From Candidatus Thalassarchaeum betae (GTDB lineage: Archaea > Thermoplasmatota > Poseidoniia > Poseidoniales > Thalassarchaeaceae), in assembly GCA_022447095.1 (NCBI GenBank), contig JAKUUP010000002.1:16841-80840 (forward strand): a stretch of DNA of 64,000 bases. The letters are read 5' to 3'. Both the position numbers and the translations under genes were made by a program. Shown here piece by piece: positions 29,530-39,734 of this stretch; the stretch's first letter is position 1; each line of letters opens with the position of its first letter. A model generated the notes under the pieces. It saw nothing but the letters and a program-made list of their open reading frames with translations. It did no database searches and was not told where the DNA came from.

Positions 29530-29605
29530 TGGTGGGCTCGGCAGGAATTGAACCTGCGATCTTCGCCGTGTGAAGGCGACGTCATAACCCCTAGACCACG
29601 AGCCC
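29530..29605 (-). tRNA. tRNA-Val (CAC), CCA encoded
   Basis: Reverse complement GGGCTCGTGGTCTAGGGGTTATGACGTCGCCTT-CAC-ACGGCGAAGATCGCAGGTTCAATTCCTGCCGAGCCCACCA. Confidence 0.96.
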
Positions 29606-29704
29606 GTGCCTCGGTGCCAGCCGCGAGTCGGCAATAAGCGTGATGACTCGGTATGGGAGCAGGACTCCCGCCGGAATCAAAAGTCGGTCCTAGGTCGGCG
29701 TTCT

Positions 29705-31150
29705 ATGGTAGCGGGTCTGGACTTCGGCGTTCTGCGCCAGAGGGAGACCTGGCAGGCGTTCGGCGTCGGCGTAGTCCTGTTCTGCATCATCGGGTACTCC
29801 TCGCTCAGCCTGTTCGGCCTATCGTCCGCGGCATACGGGGTGTCCGAAGACATCGAGTTGGTGCCTGACTTCGAAGTCGCCTCGATGAACCGCACCGGCA
29901 TCGATGATGCCATCGCGGACGATAGCGGTATGGTGCGGCTCTCGAGTCTGAGAGGGAGCGTCGTCGTCCTTGACTTCATGGCGGTGGACTGCGGCAACTG
30001 CCACTACGTTCAGGAGCATATAGAACTGAACCTCGACGCTTGGAGCGGACTCGAGGGCGAATACCCGGTGGTGGCCATATCCATCGGTTCTTGGTACGGC
30101 TACGAGCCCTTCGAGCGCATCAACGAGACCTTTGGCGGTGCCGATTCCTCCAGACACATGCGCTGGCCTGTGGTAAATGGGGCCACTGACTCAGTGCTGC
30201 TCGAAGACGGGGGAAGAGGGGATCTGGTCGAGTACTACTCAGCGCAGAACCTTCCTCTGGCGCTGGTGATCGACCATGAGGGATACGTCGTGGCCAAGGA
30301 AGGCACCGGGACCCCGTTGGATGGCTGGGAGTCATTCGACTCGGCGATACAGAGGGCCAATGGAGGAGAGGCTGAGTCACTGCGGTTCGGCATCGAGAAG
30401 GCCGACCGCTCACTAACAGGAGTCTTTGTGATCGGCTTGTTTCTCGGCGTCCTCGTTTATTTCTCCCCGTGCGCCTTCCCGGTCCTGCCATCCTACATCG
30501 CATACTACCTCAACCTCGGTATGAGGGAGGACGAGCTACGTGAGGCCGGGAAACTCTCCGGGAGCATGCCCAAACCATTCGAGGTAGGTGGTTATGCCGC
30601 TCTGGGACAACTGACCTTCTTCGGGGCGGTCGGTGCGATAATATTCGGACTGGACGGCATCATCGACCTGTCTGGCGTGCTGCACGATATCGCTGTGGGA
30701 ATCGCTTGGCTCCTAGTCATCCTAGGAGGGCTCATGCTGCTCGGTTGGACCTCGCATCTTCTGTCTTGGGTCCAGGGTATTCTTGACCGCTACCAGACCA
30801 CCGAGATGGATGAGCAATTCACGCCACGCCGTAACATGTACCTGTGGGGCATCGGCTACAGCGCGGCCTCTGTGGACTGCACAGCGGCGGCTGTCTTCCC
30901 GTTCGTCGCTTGGCTCGCAGTCGTCGGCGGGGGCGCCTTCGCCACTGGGATGGCGGGGCTCATCCTTTCTGTCACGCTCCTCATGATTGCCGTGACCGTG
31001 CTAGTCGGGATGGGACGTCAAGCCATGCTCGACTTCCTACGCCGCTCTACAGGAGTAGTCAAGGCAACAGGGGCATGGATGATGATGTTCGCCGGAACAG
31101 GGCTGCTCATCTACCTGACGCAGCCCGAAATCGTTGCAGGTTTGCTCTGA
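29705..31150 (+). CDS. Thioredoxin-like (TlpA/redoxin) domain fused to CcdA/DsbD transmembrane domain
   Basis: N-terminal TM; LSSLRGSVVVLDFMAVDCGNC; FSPCAFPVLPSY and second TM Cys SVDCT; about 6 C-terminal TMs. Confidence 0.82.
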   Translation: MVAGLDFGVLRQRETWQAFGVGVVLFCIIGYSSLSLFGLSSAAYGVSEDIELVPDFEVASMNRTGIDDAIADDSGMVRLSSLRGSVVVLDFMAVDCGNCHYVQEHIELNLDAWSGLEGEYPVVAISIGSWYGYEPFERINETFGGADSSRHMRWPVVNGATDSVLLEDGGRGDLVEYYSAQNLPLALVIDHEGYVVAKEGTGTPLDGWESFDSAIQRANGGEAESLRFGIEKADRSLTGVFVIGLFLGVLVYFSPCAFPVLPSYIAYYLNLGMREDELREAGKLSGSMPKPFEVGGYAALGQLTFFGAVGAIIFGLDGIIDLSGVLHDIAVGIAWLLVILGGLMLLGWTSHLLSWVQGILDRYQTTEMDEQFTPRRNMYLWGIGYSAASVDCTAAAVFPFVAWLAVVGGGAFATGMAGLILSVTLLMIAVTVLVGMGRQAMLDFLRRSTGVVKATGAWMMMFAGTGLLIYLTQPEIVAGLL

Positions 31151-31187
31151 GCAGAAATCAAGTACCATCAGCGGTGCGCGCGAATCA

Positions 31188-33311
31188 ATGGAACCCCTGA
31201 TGGGACTCGTCCTGTTGGTTTCGGTATTGGTCTGCGCGTATCTCGCGTGGAACATCGGTGCCAACGATGTTGCCAATGCGATGGGGACATCTGTCGGCTC
31301 TCGCGCCCTGACGCTCAAGCAAGCAGTAATCATTGCTGCAATCTTCGAGTTCATAGGCGCTTTCTTCGCTGGAGATGCGGTTACAGACACGGTTCGCAAA
31401 GGAATCCTTGTTGTTGATTTCGATAATCAGGCAATGGTTGATGCGATTTCTGCTGATCTGATGTACGGCTTCATCGCTGCCATGATGGCAGCGGCTGTCT
31501 GGCTTACTATAGCCACGAGATACGGCCTACCAGTGTCGACCACACACAGTATCATCGGTGGAATCGTTGGCGTCGGGTTGGTCATAGAGGTTCAACACGA
31601 AACCTCTCTTATTGACTGGGAGGTGGTTGAGAAGGTCGCTATGTCTTGGGTTGCCAGCCCAGTGATGGGGGGCCTATTCGCATTCTTCACCTTCTGGGTA
31701 ATCAGAGAGGCTATTCTCGACACAACTGATCCTGAGGCGCGCGCTCGCTGGATGGCCCCGATATTAGCCATCCCGACATTCTTCGTTCTTGGTCTTGCAC
31801 TGCAGTTCAAAGCTCTGAAGGGATTCTTCGCGAAGGCTCAGGACAGTGGCTGGATTGGAGACAAATATGACTGGTTGCCGGTCAAGGAAGATGGATCTTG
31901 GAACCCAATGATGGATAATGCGTGGTTCCCGATTAACAGCCTAATTCTAGCTGGAATTATTTCCATCATCGCTGCAGTGATTCTTGCTTACATCCTGAGA
32001 AACTACGATTTCAAGGGCGAAGAGGAGGGTTTTCACGGCGTTGAGAGGATATTTGTATGGTTGCAAGTCATCGCCGCTGCCTACGTCGCTTTCGCTCACG
32101 GAGCAAATGACCGGTCAAATGCAATAGGCCCTATGGCTGCTGTTTACCAAGTCCTGTCGAACGATGGGCAACTCGAAGCAGTGGCTGATGTACCGACTTG
32201 GCTCGTTCTACTGGGCAGCGCCGGGATAGCTATCGGTGTGGTGACTTGGGGGTGGAGAGTGATGGAGACCATTGGGAGCAAGATTACCGACATCACACCA
32301 ACTCGTGGCTTCGCCGCTACATTCGGTGCGGCGACGACTGTCCTGATTTTCTCCATGCCCTTCCTTGCTGTCCCCGTTTCCACTACTCACACGCTCGTAG
32401 GTGCAGTAGTGGGCGTCGGTTTAGCAGGTGGTGCGAAAGCCGTTGATTTCAGAGTCTTCGGGAAGATTATCGCCTCCTGGCTGGCAAGCCTTCCGGCCGC
32501 AGGATTCGGCGCGATAGTGATCTACGTAGCCTGCGGCTCCCAGGCACTCAATATGCTCATCGTCATACCCATCGCACTCGCTCTGGTGGGCTATGTGATT
32601 TGGTCAACTCGCGATGGCGAGATATTCGTAGACGAGGCTCTAGCGGGGGCGGATGGGTCAGAAGCCGGAACACCGACCTACTTCGAGCTCTTCCACACTC
32701 ACGCTGAGGCTGTCGAGGAGACTGTCAATCACATGCTAACAGCAGTAAACATCGCAGCAGACGGAGGAGATCCAAGCGAAGCCATAGAAGCGACTATCTC
32801 GGCTGAGTTGAGGGCTGACAATGTGAAGAACGATTTGCGAAGAAGGGTTGGTTCGGGCAAGTGGAACCTGTTGATGAGGTCCGATGACTTCTATCACATG
32901 CTGGCTCGTCAGGACCGAATCGCCGACTACGCCCAGAACGTCGCTGAGCAACTGTCCTTCAGGCCTCTCTACGACAATGCAGAGGCCAAAGCCCTCCTCA
33001 AGGAGATGGCAGGAGCGGTCGCCAAGACCGCAGCCACCTACGAAGACGCTGTCGAAGCACTGCGTGACCTGACTCTATCTGGATACACCAAGGCCGGACG
33101 AGAGAGGCTAGGGGAGCTGATTGACGATGTCAATCTGGCAGAACACGAGAGTGACCTAGTCGAGAGCAGAGCCGCTGGATTCGTGTTCAGCATTGGCGAA
33201 GACGACCCGCTGGCTGCTGTCCACATGTATAGGGTCCTACAGCGTCTTGACGATGTGTCCAATGCCTGCGAGACGGCGGCAAACGCCTTCCTGCCGATGG
33301 TGTACAACTAA
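31188..33311 (+). CDS. PiT-family phosphate transporter fused to DUF47 (PhoU-like) domain
   Basis: GANDVANAMGTSVGS, PVSTTHS, HGANDRSNAIGP, PVSTTHT; C-terminal E..AD..K...QD.IAD and EHESD...LDDVSNACE helical repeats. Confidence 0.9.
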   Translation: MEPLMGLVLLVSVLVCAYLAWNIGANDVANAMGTSVGSRALTLKQAVIIAAIFEFIGAFFAGDAVTDTVRKGILVVDFDNQAMVDAISADLMYGFIAAMMAAAVWLTIATRYGLPVSTTHSIIGGIVGVGLVIEVQHETSLIDWEVVEKVAMSWVASPVMGGLFAFFTFWVIREAILDTTDPEARARWMAPILAIPTFFVLGLALQFKALKGFFAKAQDSGWIGDKYDWLPVKEDGSWNPMMDNAWFPINSLILAGIISIIAAVILAYILRNYDFKGEEEGFHGVERIFVWLQVIAAAYVAFAHGANDRSNAIGPMAAVYQVLSNDGQLEAVADVPTWLVLLGSAGIAIGVVTWGWRVMETIGSKITDITPTRGFAATFGAATTVLIFSMPFLAVPVSTTHTLVGAVVGVGLAGGAKAVDFRVFGKIIASWLASLPAAGFGAIVIYVACGSQALNMLIVIPIALALVGYVIWSTRDGEIFVDEALAGADGSEAGTPTYFELFHTHAEAVEETVNHMLTAVNIAADGGDPSEAIEATISAELRADNVKNDLRRRVGSGKWNLLMRSDDFYHMLARQDRIADYAQNVAEQLSFRPLYDNAEAKALLKEMAGAVAKTAATYEDAVEALRDLTLSGYTKAGRERLGELIDDVNLAEHESDLVESRAAGFVFSIGEDDPLAAVHMYRVLQRLDDVSNACETAANAFLPMVYN

Positions 33312-34097
33312 TCAGGCCCAACCTGCGTCCTCGGCGATTTGTTCTGGCGACTCTCTCTCAGCCAGCGCAAGTGCGTACTCGAACAGCTTCCATGCCAGCA
33401 TGGCCGTGGCGAGTCCGGTTACCAGATCGAAGAGGTAGTGCTGCTTGGTAGTGAGGATGCTCACGCACAGCAGTGTGTATTCAACCCACAGAAGGATGAG
33501 GAAGACTTTGGCCAGTGGCTTTCCCTCGTGCTCGCGGTTGACCCAGAAAGTCATCATCCTCGCAAGCAGGTATGAGTGTACTATGTGCAGGCTCGGCCAG
33601 GCGTTCCAAGGATTGTCAGAGAAGTGGATGAATCCGAACAATGAGGCTTCCAGACCGCTCATCGAGTCCATGTCGAGTTGATCTCTGAGGTCTATCTCTG
33701 CTGGGAATGCAAGAAAGAAGAAAGTGCAGAACAGAGTCACTAGAATCAGACCCTGCATAGCCAGCATCAGTTCGACTCGTCCCCTGTCGTGCCTAGGGCA
33801 GACCGCGAGCGTGGTCGGGTAGAACAGATAGAGTGCCGCGTATGGGATAATCATCCAGTTGACCGCGGGAATTTCCCGGTCCAGCCATAGCTCCGGGTCC
33901 CAGACCGTGTCGAGGTAGTGCGCGGCTATGTTGTTGGAGCCGAAGTAGGGGACTGCGACGAAAAGCAAACCGACTAGGAATATCTCGAGCGGGAACCAAT
34001 ATCCGCCCATCCTCTCCCTACGGGACCACGTCGATTTCCAGAACCCCTTCCAAGGCATCACCAGCGCGTGGATGCGAGTCGGGTGTGACTTATCCAT
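33312..34097 (-). CDS. PAP2-superfamily membrane protein (Aur1/IPC-synthase-like)
   Basis: FP....R, NAWPSLH, KQHYLFDL..G; multiple TMs. Confidence 0.8.
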   Translation of the reverse strand: MDKSHPTRIHALVMPWKGFWKSTWSRRERMGGYWFPLEIFLVGLLFVAVPYFGSNNIAAHYLDTVWDPELWLDREIPAVNWMIIPYAALYLFYPTTLAVCPRHDRGRVELMLAMQGLILVTLFCTFFFLAFPAEIDLRDQLDMDSMSGLEASLFGFIHFSDNPWNAWPSLHIVHSYLLARMMTFWVNREHEGKPLAKVFLILLWVEYTLLCVSILTTKQHYLFDLVTGLATAMLAWKLFEYALALAERESPEQIAEDAGWA

Positions 34098-34126
34098 GGG
34101 GTGCCGATGCGAGTCGGGCAAATGAA

Positions 34127-35551
34127 TCACGCGACTTCATCGGGCATCGCATAGGAGCCTGCTACAGTCACAGCAGCAGAGCCAACCAGAGCCGACACGA
34201 AGACTTCGAGGTTAGCGAGGCCCCACTCGTTTGTGGGGTGGAAGATGTAATCCACACCCGTGGAGACATCCGCAGTCCACGCTCCGTAGGCGACTACAGA
34301 GAGAGGTCCGGCGACCGCCCCCATGAGGGCGCCCTTGGATGAAACTCTGTCCCAAAGGGTCAGCAGAACCGGAGCCACGGTAGCAGCAGCAAGAAGGTCT
34401 GCGAAGAGGAAAATCTCGAATACGCTCAGGGCGTCGATGGTGGTCGCCAGGTAAATTGCAATAGGCATCATCGCTATGGTTACGATTCGTGCTTGGCCAA
34501 GCTGCATCGAGCCGTTCGAGAGGTCACGCGATATGGAGGCTACCACGGCGTTCTGCAAGGTGTCGGCGCTCGAGCAGACGAGTGCGACTGCTAGGACGAC
34601 GAAAGCGGCGATTAGCAGAACCCCTGCGTCCTCAATCAGGTAGAAGAAGGCGGCAGATGGGTCTTCGGCGGCACCTTGTCCGGCCACCACTGTTCCCAGT
34701 ACGCCCATTACGAAGACGAGGGGGAGAACGAGACCTGCGGCCAGAAAAGCCCCTTTCCTGAGAGCCTCGTCGCTCTCCGAAGCCCATGTACGCTGCCAGT
34801 TGCCCTGAGAGAACATCTCGGCCGCGGTGATAGCCACCACTAGGGCGAGTCCGGATCTGAACGAATCCATGTAGGACATGCTGCCGATTGACCAATCGTC
34901 CTCTGGGTTGTACGCCTTGGCGTCATCGATGAGAGAGCCCAAATCAGCCCCGAACAGGATGAGCAGTAGAGCGATGACGAGCCATAGTATCATCCAAGCC
35001 TGCCAGCGGTCGGTCTGCAGTGACGCAGGGAGCCCGCCATACGCGGTGTAGGCAGCCGTCACCGCGGCAACGGCGACCATGGGCACAAGGGGCTCCATGC
35101 CAGCGAGAATGTCCATCGCCTTGCCGATGGCAGTGAACTCAGCGAACAGGAAGGTGAACATGTAGAGCACCGAGATTAGGCCAACGTAGACTTGCATAGG
35201 CCGACCGAGCCTCATACTGACGTAGTCGGCCAGCGTGACGCCGTAGGGAAGTTTCTCGCGGATCAACGGCCCGACGTATGCCAGCAGCATGAACGGTGTC
35301 GCAGAAGAGAGGGCGTAACCCACGACGTCCCAGAAGCCGCCGTAGTATCCGACCTCCGAGGGTCCGAACAGTATCCAGATCCCCATTCCCGAGGCGAACA
35401 GGCTCATGCCGATTCGTTGCCAGCTCTGACTCCCGCGCGCAGACATGTAGGTGTCTGAGTCCATTTTTCGTTCGGCCGCGGCAGTGTAGCCGACGTAGCC
35501 GAAGAACGAAAGGGTCCCCAAAAGCAGGACGTAGGAGAGCAATGTGTCCAT
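34127..35551 (-). CDS. Sodium:solute symporter family protein (possibly proline)
   Basis: SLFASGMG.W, YT.YGGL.ASL.TD, WQR.WA, SSADT; co-transcribed with P5C dehydrogenase. Confidence 0.85.
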   Translation of the reverse strand: MDTLLSYVLLLGTLSFFGYVGYTAAAERKMDSDTYMSARGSQSWQRIGMSLFASGMGIWILFGPSEVGYYGGFWDVVGYALSSATPFMLLAYVGPLIREKLPYGVTLADYVSMRLGRPMQVYVGLISVLYMFTFLFAEFTAIGKAMDILAGMEPLVPMVAVAAVTAAYTAYGGLPASLQTDRWQAWMILWLVIALLLILFGADLGSLIDDAKAYNPEDDWSIGSMSYMDSFRSGLALVVAITAAEMFSQGNWQRTWASESDEALRKGAFLAAGLVLPLVFVMGVLGTVVAGQGAAEDPSAAFFYLIEDAGVLLIAAFVVLAVALVCSSADTLQNAVVASISRDLSNGSMQLGQARIVTIAMMPIAIYLATTIDALSVFEIFLFADLLAAATVAPVLLTLWDRVSSKGALMGAVAGPLSVVAYGAWTADVSTGVDYIFHPTNEWGLANLEVFVSALVGSAAVTVAGSYAMPDEVA

Positions 35552-37167
35552 CAGTCATCACCCATGAACGGGTAGGTCCAGTCCTGGGGTATGTCGATGG
35601 TTCGCTTGACGGATCGCGGACTGATCCAGCGAAGCAGGTTCAACGGCCCGCCTGCCTTGTCGTTGGTGCCACTGGCTCGAGCCCCTCCGAACGGCTGCTG
35701 CCCTACGACAGCACCTGTCGGCTTGTCGTTGATGTAGAAGTTCCCTGCAGTGAAACGCAGTGCATCGAAAGCTGTCTGGATGTTCTCCTCCGAGGACGAG
35801 AAGATAGAGCCGGTGAGAGCGTAGGGGGAAGCCTCATCGCACATCCTCAGGACATCCTCAAAGTCGCCGTCATCGTAGACATAGACGGTGAGGACAGGTC
35901 CGAATATCTCCTCGACCATTGTCTCGGAGGTTGGATTCGTCGTGACGATTATGGTCGGCTCGATGAACCATCCAGTGCTGTCGTCTGACCCACCACCGAC
36001 AGCGACCTCGCAGCAGTCCCGGCCACTGGCCCGCTCGATGTAGCCGGTGATCTTGTCGAATGCACGCTGGTCGATGACTGCTGTCATGAAGTTCGTGAAG
36101 TCGCGCGCATCGCCCATCTTGATCATGCCGATCTCGGCATAGAGGTCGTCCGAGATGGCGTCCCATACCGAGCTCGGGACGTAAGCTCGGCTGGCAGCGG
36201 AGCACTTCTGGCCTTGGTACTCGAAGGCGCCGCGGAGCAACGCGACCAGCAACCCTTGGCGGTCGCAGTCCGGGTGGGCGACGACGAAGTCCTTGCCCCC
36301 GGTCTCCCCGACTATGCGAGGGTAGGAGCGCAGGTTCGGAAGTGCGAGCCCGATCTCCTGCCACAGTCCCTGAAAGGTTGCGGTCGAGCCGGTGAAGTGA
36401 AGTCCGGCGAAGTCAGGGTTGGCTAGCGCGATCTCGGTGATTTCGGCGCCCGAGCCGGGTAGGAAGTTTATGACGCCAGCAGGCAGGCCGGCCTCCATCA
36501 TCAGCCGCATCAGCACGTAGTTCGAGTGGTACGAGTTGCGGCTGGGCTTCCACACGCACGTGCAGCCGACCAGCGCTGGCGCGCTGGGCAGGTTTCCTGC
36601 TATACTGGTGAAGTTGAACGGAGTTATGGCCAGGACGAATCCCTCGAGGGGGCGGATCTCAGTGGAGTTCTCGACGCCGCTCGGGGATATCGGGGGCTGG
36701 AGGTAGTCGTGGAAGCCGCGCGCGTAGTGGCAGTTGAAGCGCCAGAAGTCGATGAGTTCGCAGGCAGCGTCTATCTCCGCCTGGAACACCGTCTTCGACT
36801 GGTCCAGCATGGTGGAGGCGTTCACTCTCATGCGCCAGTCTCCCGCTAGGAGGTCGGCGCATCGCTCGAAGACCGCGCAGCGGCCCTCGAGACCTAGTTC
36901 GATCCAAGCCTGCTGTGCATCGACAGCGGCAGCGCAAGCAGCCTCCATCTCTTCCCTGCCCGCTAAGTGGACGTTGGCGAGTATGTGCCCATGTTCGTGC
37001 GGGATGACCTGAGTGGTCGTCGTGCCTGTGTAAACCTCCTCGCCGTTGATGATGCAGGGTATCTCTACGACTTCTGACATCTGCCTATCCATCTCATTCA
37101 TGAGGGCAGATCTTTCGCTGCTTCCGGGGGCATAGCCCAAAATCGGTTCATTGATTGGTTGGGCCAT
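35551..37167 (-). CDS. pruA: L-glutamate gamma-semialdehyde (P5C) dehydrogenase
   Basis: NEPILGYAPGS, QAEIDAACELIDFWRFN, PFNFTSI, GETGGKDF, FEYQGQKCSA, NDKPTGAVVGQQPFGG; start taken at ATG 37167. Confidence 0.95.
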   Translation of the reverse strand: MAQPINEPILGYAPGSSERSALMNEMDRQMSEVVEIPCIINGEEVYTGTTTTQVIPHEHGHILANVHLAGREEMEAACAAAVDAQQAWIELGLEGRCAVFERCADLLAGDWRMRVNASTMLDQSKTVFQAEIDAACELIDFWRFNCHYARGFHDYLQPPISPSGVENSTEIRPLEGFVLAITPFNFTSIAGNLPSAPALVGCTCVWKPSRNSYHSNYVLMRLMMEAGLPAGVINFLPGSGAEITEIALANPDFAGLHFTGSTATFQGLWQEIGLALPNLRSYPRIVGETGGKDFVVAHPDCDRQGLLVALLRGAFEYQGQKCSAASRAYVPSSVWDAISDDLYAEIGMIKMGDARDFTNFMTAVIDQRAFDKITGYIERASGRDCCEVAVGGGSDDSTGWFIEPTIIVTTNPTSETMVEEIFGPVLTVYVYDDGDFEDVLRMCDEASPYALTGSIFSSSEENIQTAFDALRFTAGNFYINDKPTGAVVGQQPFGGARASGTNDKAGGPLNLLRWISPRSVKRTIDIPQDWTYPFMGDD

Positions 37168-37187
37168 GATATCACTCGATTCGTTCA

Positions 37188-37475
37188 CTATGTCCACTCG
37201 GTCGGCTCGTCCTTCTTCGCCTTCTTCCAAGCGCGGTAGCACGACTTGCACACCGTGACTCTGCGCGAGTCCTTGTTGAGCCCCGACTCGCCCCAAACAT
37301 CAGCGGCCCTGTCGAAGGCCAGCTTGCGGCCTCCGATCTTCTTGTCGGCCCAGTTGTCGCAACCGGCGACATCGCACTTGGCCTCGCCAACGTATTCCTC
37401 GACCGTCTTCTCCTCGGGGCCGGCCGCTGCTGCCGCGACCTGACGTCTCTTGCGGGCCTTGGACTTGAATCCCAT
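37188..37475 (-). CDS. Small basic hypothetical protein with four Cys (CDVAGC / CKSC), putative Zn finger
   Basis: Fills the gap between purA and pruA on the same strand with short spacers. Confidence 0.7.
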   Translation of the reverse strand: MGFKSKARKRRQVAAAAAGPEEKTVEEYVGEAKCDVAGCDNWADKKIGGRKLAFDRAADVWGESGLNKDSRRVTVCKSCYRAWKKAKKDEPTEWT

Positions 37476-37498
37476 GGCGACTGGCCAAAGTGACCCGC

Positions 37499-38860
37499 TT
37501 AGAAGGTTGCCTCAACAGAGGGGAAGTCGAACGGCCCTCCTGCCTTAGCTATGGACGCCCGGCGGTCGGGACCGACGCCGATACTCACTACGGGCACCCC
37601 CGCGAGATGTTCGATGCGTTCGATGTACGCCCTGATGGCGACTGGCATGGCGTCGAATCCTACTCCCTCGGACTTCGATTCTTCGGCCATGTTGATCCAC
37701 TCGTCCTGAGCCATGGATGGGAAACCCGTGTGAGTCTCGTAAATCGGGGAGCAGCGCGCTAGTTCCTCACTCGTGGTCGGCATGACGTGGAGTGTTTTGC
37801 CATCCATCTCATAGCCGACACATATCTTGAGTTCGTCCAAGCCGCCCAGGACATCCAATTTGGTGATGACCAGTCCGGTGTACCCGTTGATTCGGTGGCT
37901 CTCACGCAGGGCGACCATGTCGAGCCATCCAGTGCGTCGGGGCCTGCCGGTGGTGGTGCCGTACTCGTTGCCTACCTGTGCCATGTGCCTGCCAGGGCCC
38001 TCATCGAGGGAGAGTTCGGAGGGGAATGGCCCGTTGCCCACACGCGTGGTGTAGGCCTTCGAGATGCCGAAACACTGGTCGACATGCCCGGGGTGTATCC
38101 CTGCGCCGTGAGTGGCGTTGGCTCTGCTGGTGACCGATGAGGTGACAAAGGGGTAGGTTCCTTGATCGATGTCTAGCATGGCGCCTTGCGCCCCTTCGAG
38201 CAAGATTCGCTCGCCGTTCCTCAGAGCGAGATCGACCATCAGCCCGGTGGGCTTGATGGCTTCGGAGTATCTGTCGAGTACCCACTGGAGGTCAGCCCGC
38301 AGCGTCTCCGGTACGATGCTCTGCTCGACCCCTACTGTGGCGAGTTGCTTGTTCATACGCTCAGCAGCGGCTCGGATGGCCTCTGCGTCGTCCACCATGT
38401 TTGTGAGGTCAGCGAACCTGATTCCGACCCTCTCGATGCGGTCGCGGTAAGTCGGGCCGATTCCACGGCCAGTGGTGCCCACGAGTTCGTCGGCGCCGTC
38501 GTAGAGTCTGTGGAAAGGCAGGATTATCGAGGCTCGCTCACTGATAAACAGCCGCTTGCCTTCGGGCCTCTCATCGGTGAGTGCATGCCACTTTTGCAGT
38601 TCTTCATCCAGTACCCAAGGATCTATCACCATGCCATCACCGAGGACCAGGTTGCAGTGATCATAGGTCACCCCAGAGGGTATCTGATGGAGTTTGAGGG
38701 TGGTATCTCCGAGGACGATGGTATGACCGGCGTTGTTGCCGCCCTGGAAACGGACGGTCCATGTGGAATGGTTGGCTAGCTGGTCTATGGCCTTGCCTTT
38801 ACCTTCGTCGCCCCACTGGGCTCCAAGCACGACGCTGGCTGGCACCGTAGCCTCGGGCAC
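37499..38860 (-). CDS. purA: Adenylosuccinate synthase (long bacterial-type)
   Basis: GAQWGDEGKGK, GGNNAGHT, GTTGRGIGP, EGAQG, GTYPFVTSS, GTTTGRPRR. Confidence 0.97.
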   Translation of the reverse strand: MPEATVPASVVLGAQWGDEGKGKAIDQLANHSTWTVRFQGGNNAGHTIVLGDTTLKLHQIPSGVTYDHCNLVLGDGMVIDPWVLDEELQKWHALTDERPEGKRLFISERASIILPFHRLYDGADELVGTTGRGIGPTYRDRIERVGIRFADLTNMVDDAEAIRAAAERMNKQLATVGVEQSIVPETLRADLQWVLDRYSEAIKPTGLMVDLALRNGERILLEGAQGAMLDIDQGTYPFVTSSVTSRANATHGAGIHPGHVDQCFGISKAYTTRVGNGPFPSELSLDEGPGRHMAQVGNEYGTTTGRPRRTGWLDMVALRESHRINGYTGLVITKLDVLGGLDELKICVGYEMDGKTLHVMPTTSEELARCSPIYETHTGFPSMAQDEWINMAEESKSEGVGFDAMPVAIRAYIERIEHLAGVPVVSIGVGPDRRASIAKAGGPFDFPSVEATF

Positions 38861-38961
38861 TATGGAGGGCGGATGAATGCTTTGGCGGAGAACAATTCTG
38901 TTTTCCGGGCGATTTCGCGGTGGGAAGCGATTATGAAGGGCCGGTAGGTCGGCCGGTCTGC

Positions 38962-39117
38962 ATGGCTCAGAGGCACCCAGAGGCAGAGGCGCGTTTACTG
39001 AAGAAGTGGATTTGCATGCGCTGCTCGGCGACCCACAGGGGACGCCAGCCGAGGGTGTGCCGCAAGTGCGGATACACGGGCATGCGGATCAAGGCTGCCG
39101 AGCGCAGGACGACATGA
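38962..39117 (+). CDS. rpl40e: 50S ribosomal protein L40e
   Basis: PEAEARLLKKWICMRCSA......CRKCGY..MR.K. Confidence 0.93.
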   Translation: MAQRHPEAEARLLKKWICMRCSATHRGRQPRVCRKCGYTGMRIKAAERRTT

Positions 39118-39734
39118 GCATGGGCCTCGAGTCTGCAGGGCTCGAAGGTTTCGCCCTCAGTATTGGGCTCATACTCGCACTAGGTCCTCAGAACGTCTTT
39201 GTCCTCAGACAGGGACTTCTTCGCTCACACGTCTTCGCCGTCTGCCTAGTCTGCGCACTGGCTGACGCCAGTCTGATTGCAGCTGGAGTTCTGGGCGTCG
39301 GCTCGGTGCTGTCTGAGATGGAAGATGCGGCAATCTGGATCGCTGTATTCGCAGCCGTCTTCTTGATTGGGTACGGATTGCTGCGAATCAGATCGGCGAT
39401 GAACCCGGAGGGAATGGTAACCGAGGGGGACGGTGAGAGCGAACTCGGACCGACCATTGCCGCCGCACTCGCCTTCACCTTCCTCAATCCGCACGTGTAT
39501 GTCGACACCCTGCTGCTGATCGGAGGGGCCTCCAGCAGATATCTGGGGGATGAGCGGCTGGCCTTCGGAATCGGTGCTGCTGCGGCCTCCTTCGTATTCT
39601 TCTTCTCCCTAGGATATGGTGCGAAGATGCTCTCGCCGGTGCTGAACAACCCCAAGGCGTGGAGGGTAATCGATCTAGGTATAGCCTGCATCATGTTCGT
39701 CATCGCGGGTGCGATTCTCGGGCCTCACATCTAA
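39114..39734 (+). CDS. LysE/ArgO family amino-acid exporter
   Basis: LILALGPQNVFVLRQGL, TFLNPHVYVDT; ATGA overlap with the rpl40e stop. Confidence 0.9.
   Translation: MSMGLESAGLEGFALSIGLILALGPQNVFVLRQGLLRSHVFAVCLVCALADASLIAAGVLGVGSVLSEMEDAAIWIAVFAAVFLIGYGLLRIRSAMNPEGMVTEGDGESELGPTIAAALAFTFLNPHVYVDTLLLIGGASSRYLGDERLAFGIGAAAASFVFFFSLGYGAKMLSPVLNNPKAWRVIDLGIACIMFVIAGAILGPHI

Noticed and set aside
1589-29605. Two similar tRNA-Val sequences in direct orientation as att sites of a 28-kb island
   Set aside because: Both are complete isoacceptors (TAC, CAC) with compensatory stem changes; the enclosed genes are core and there is no integrase
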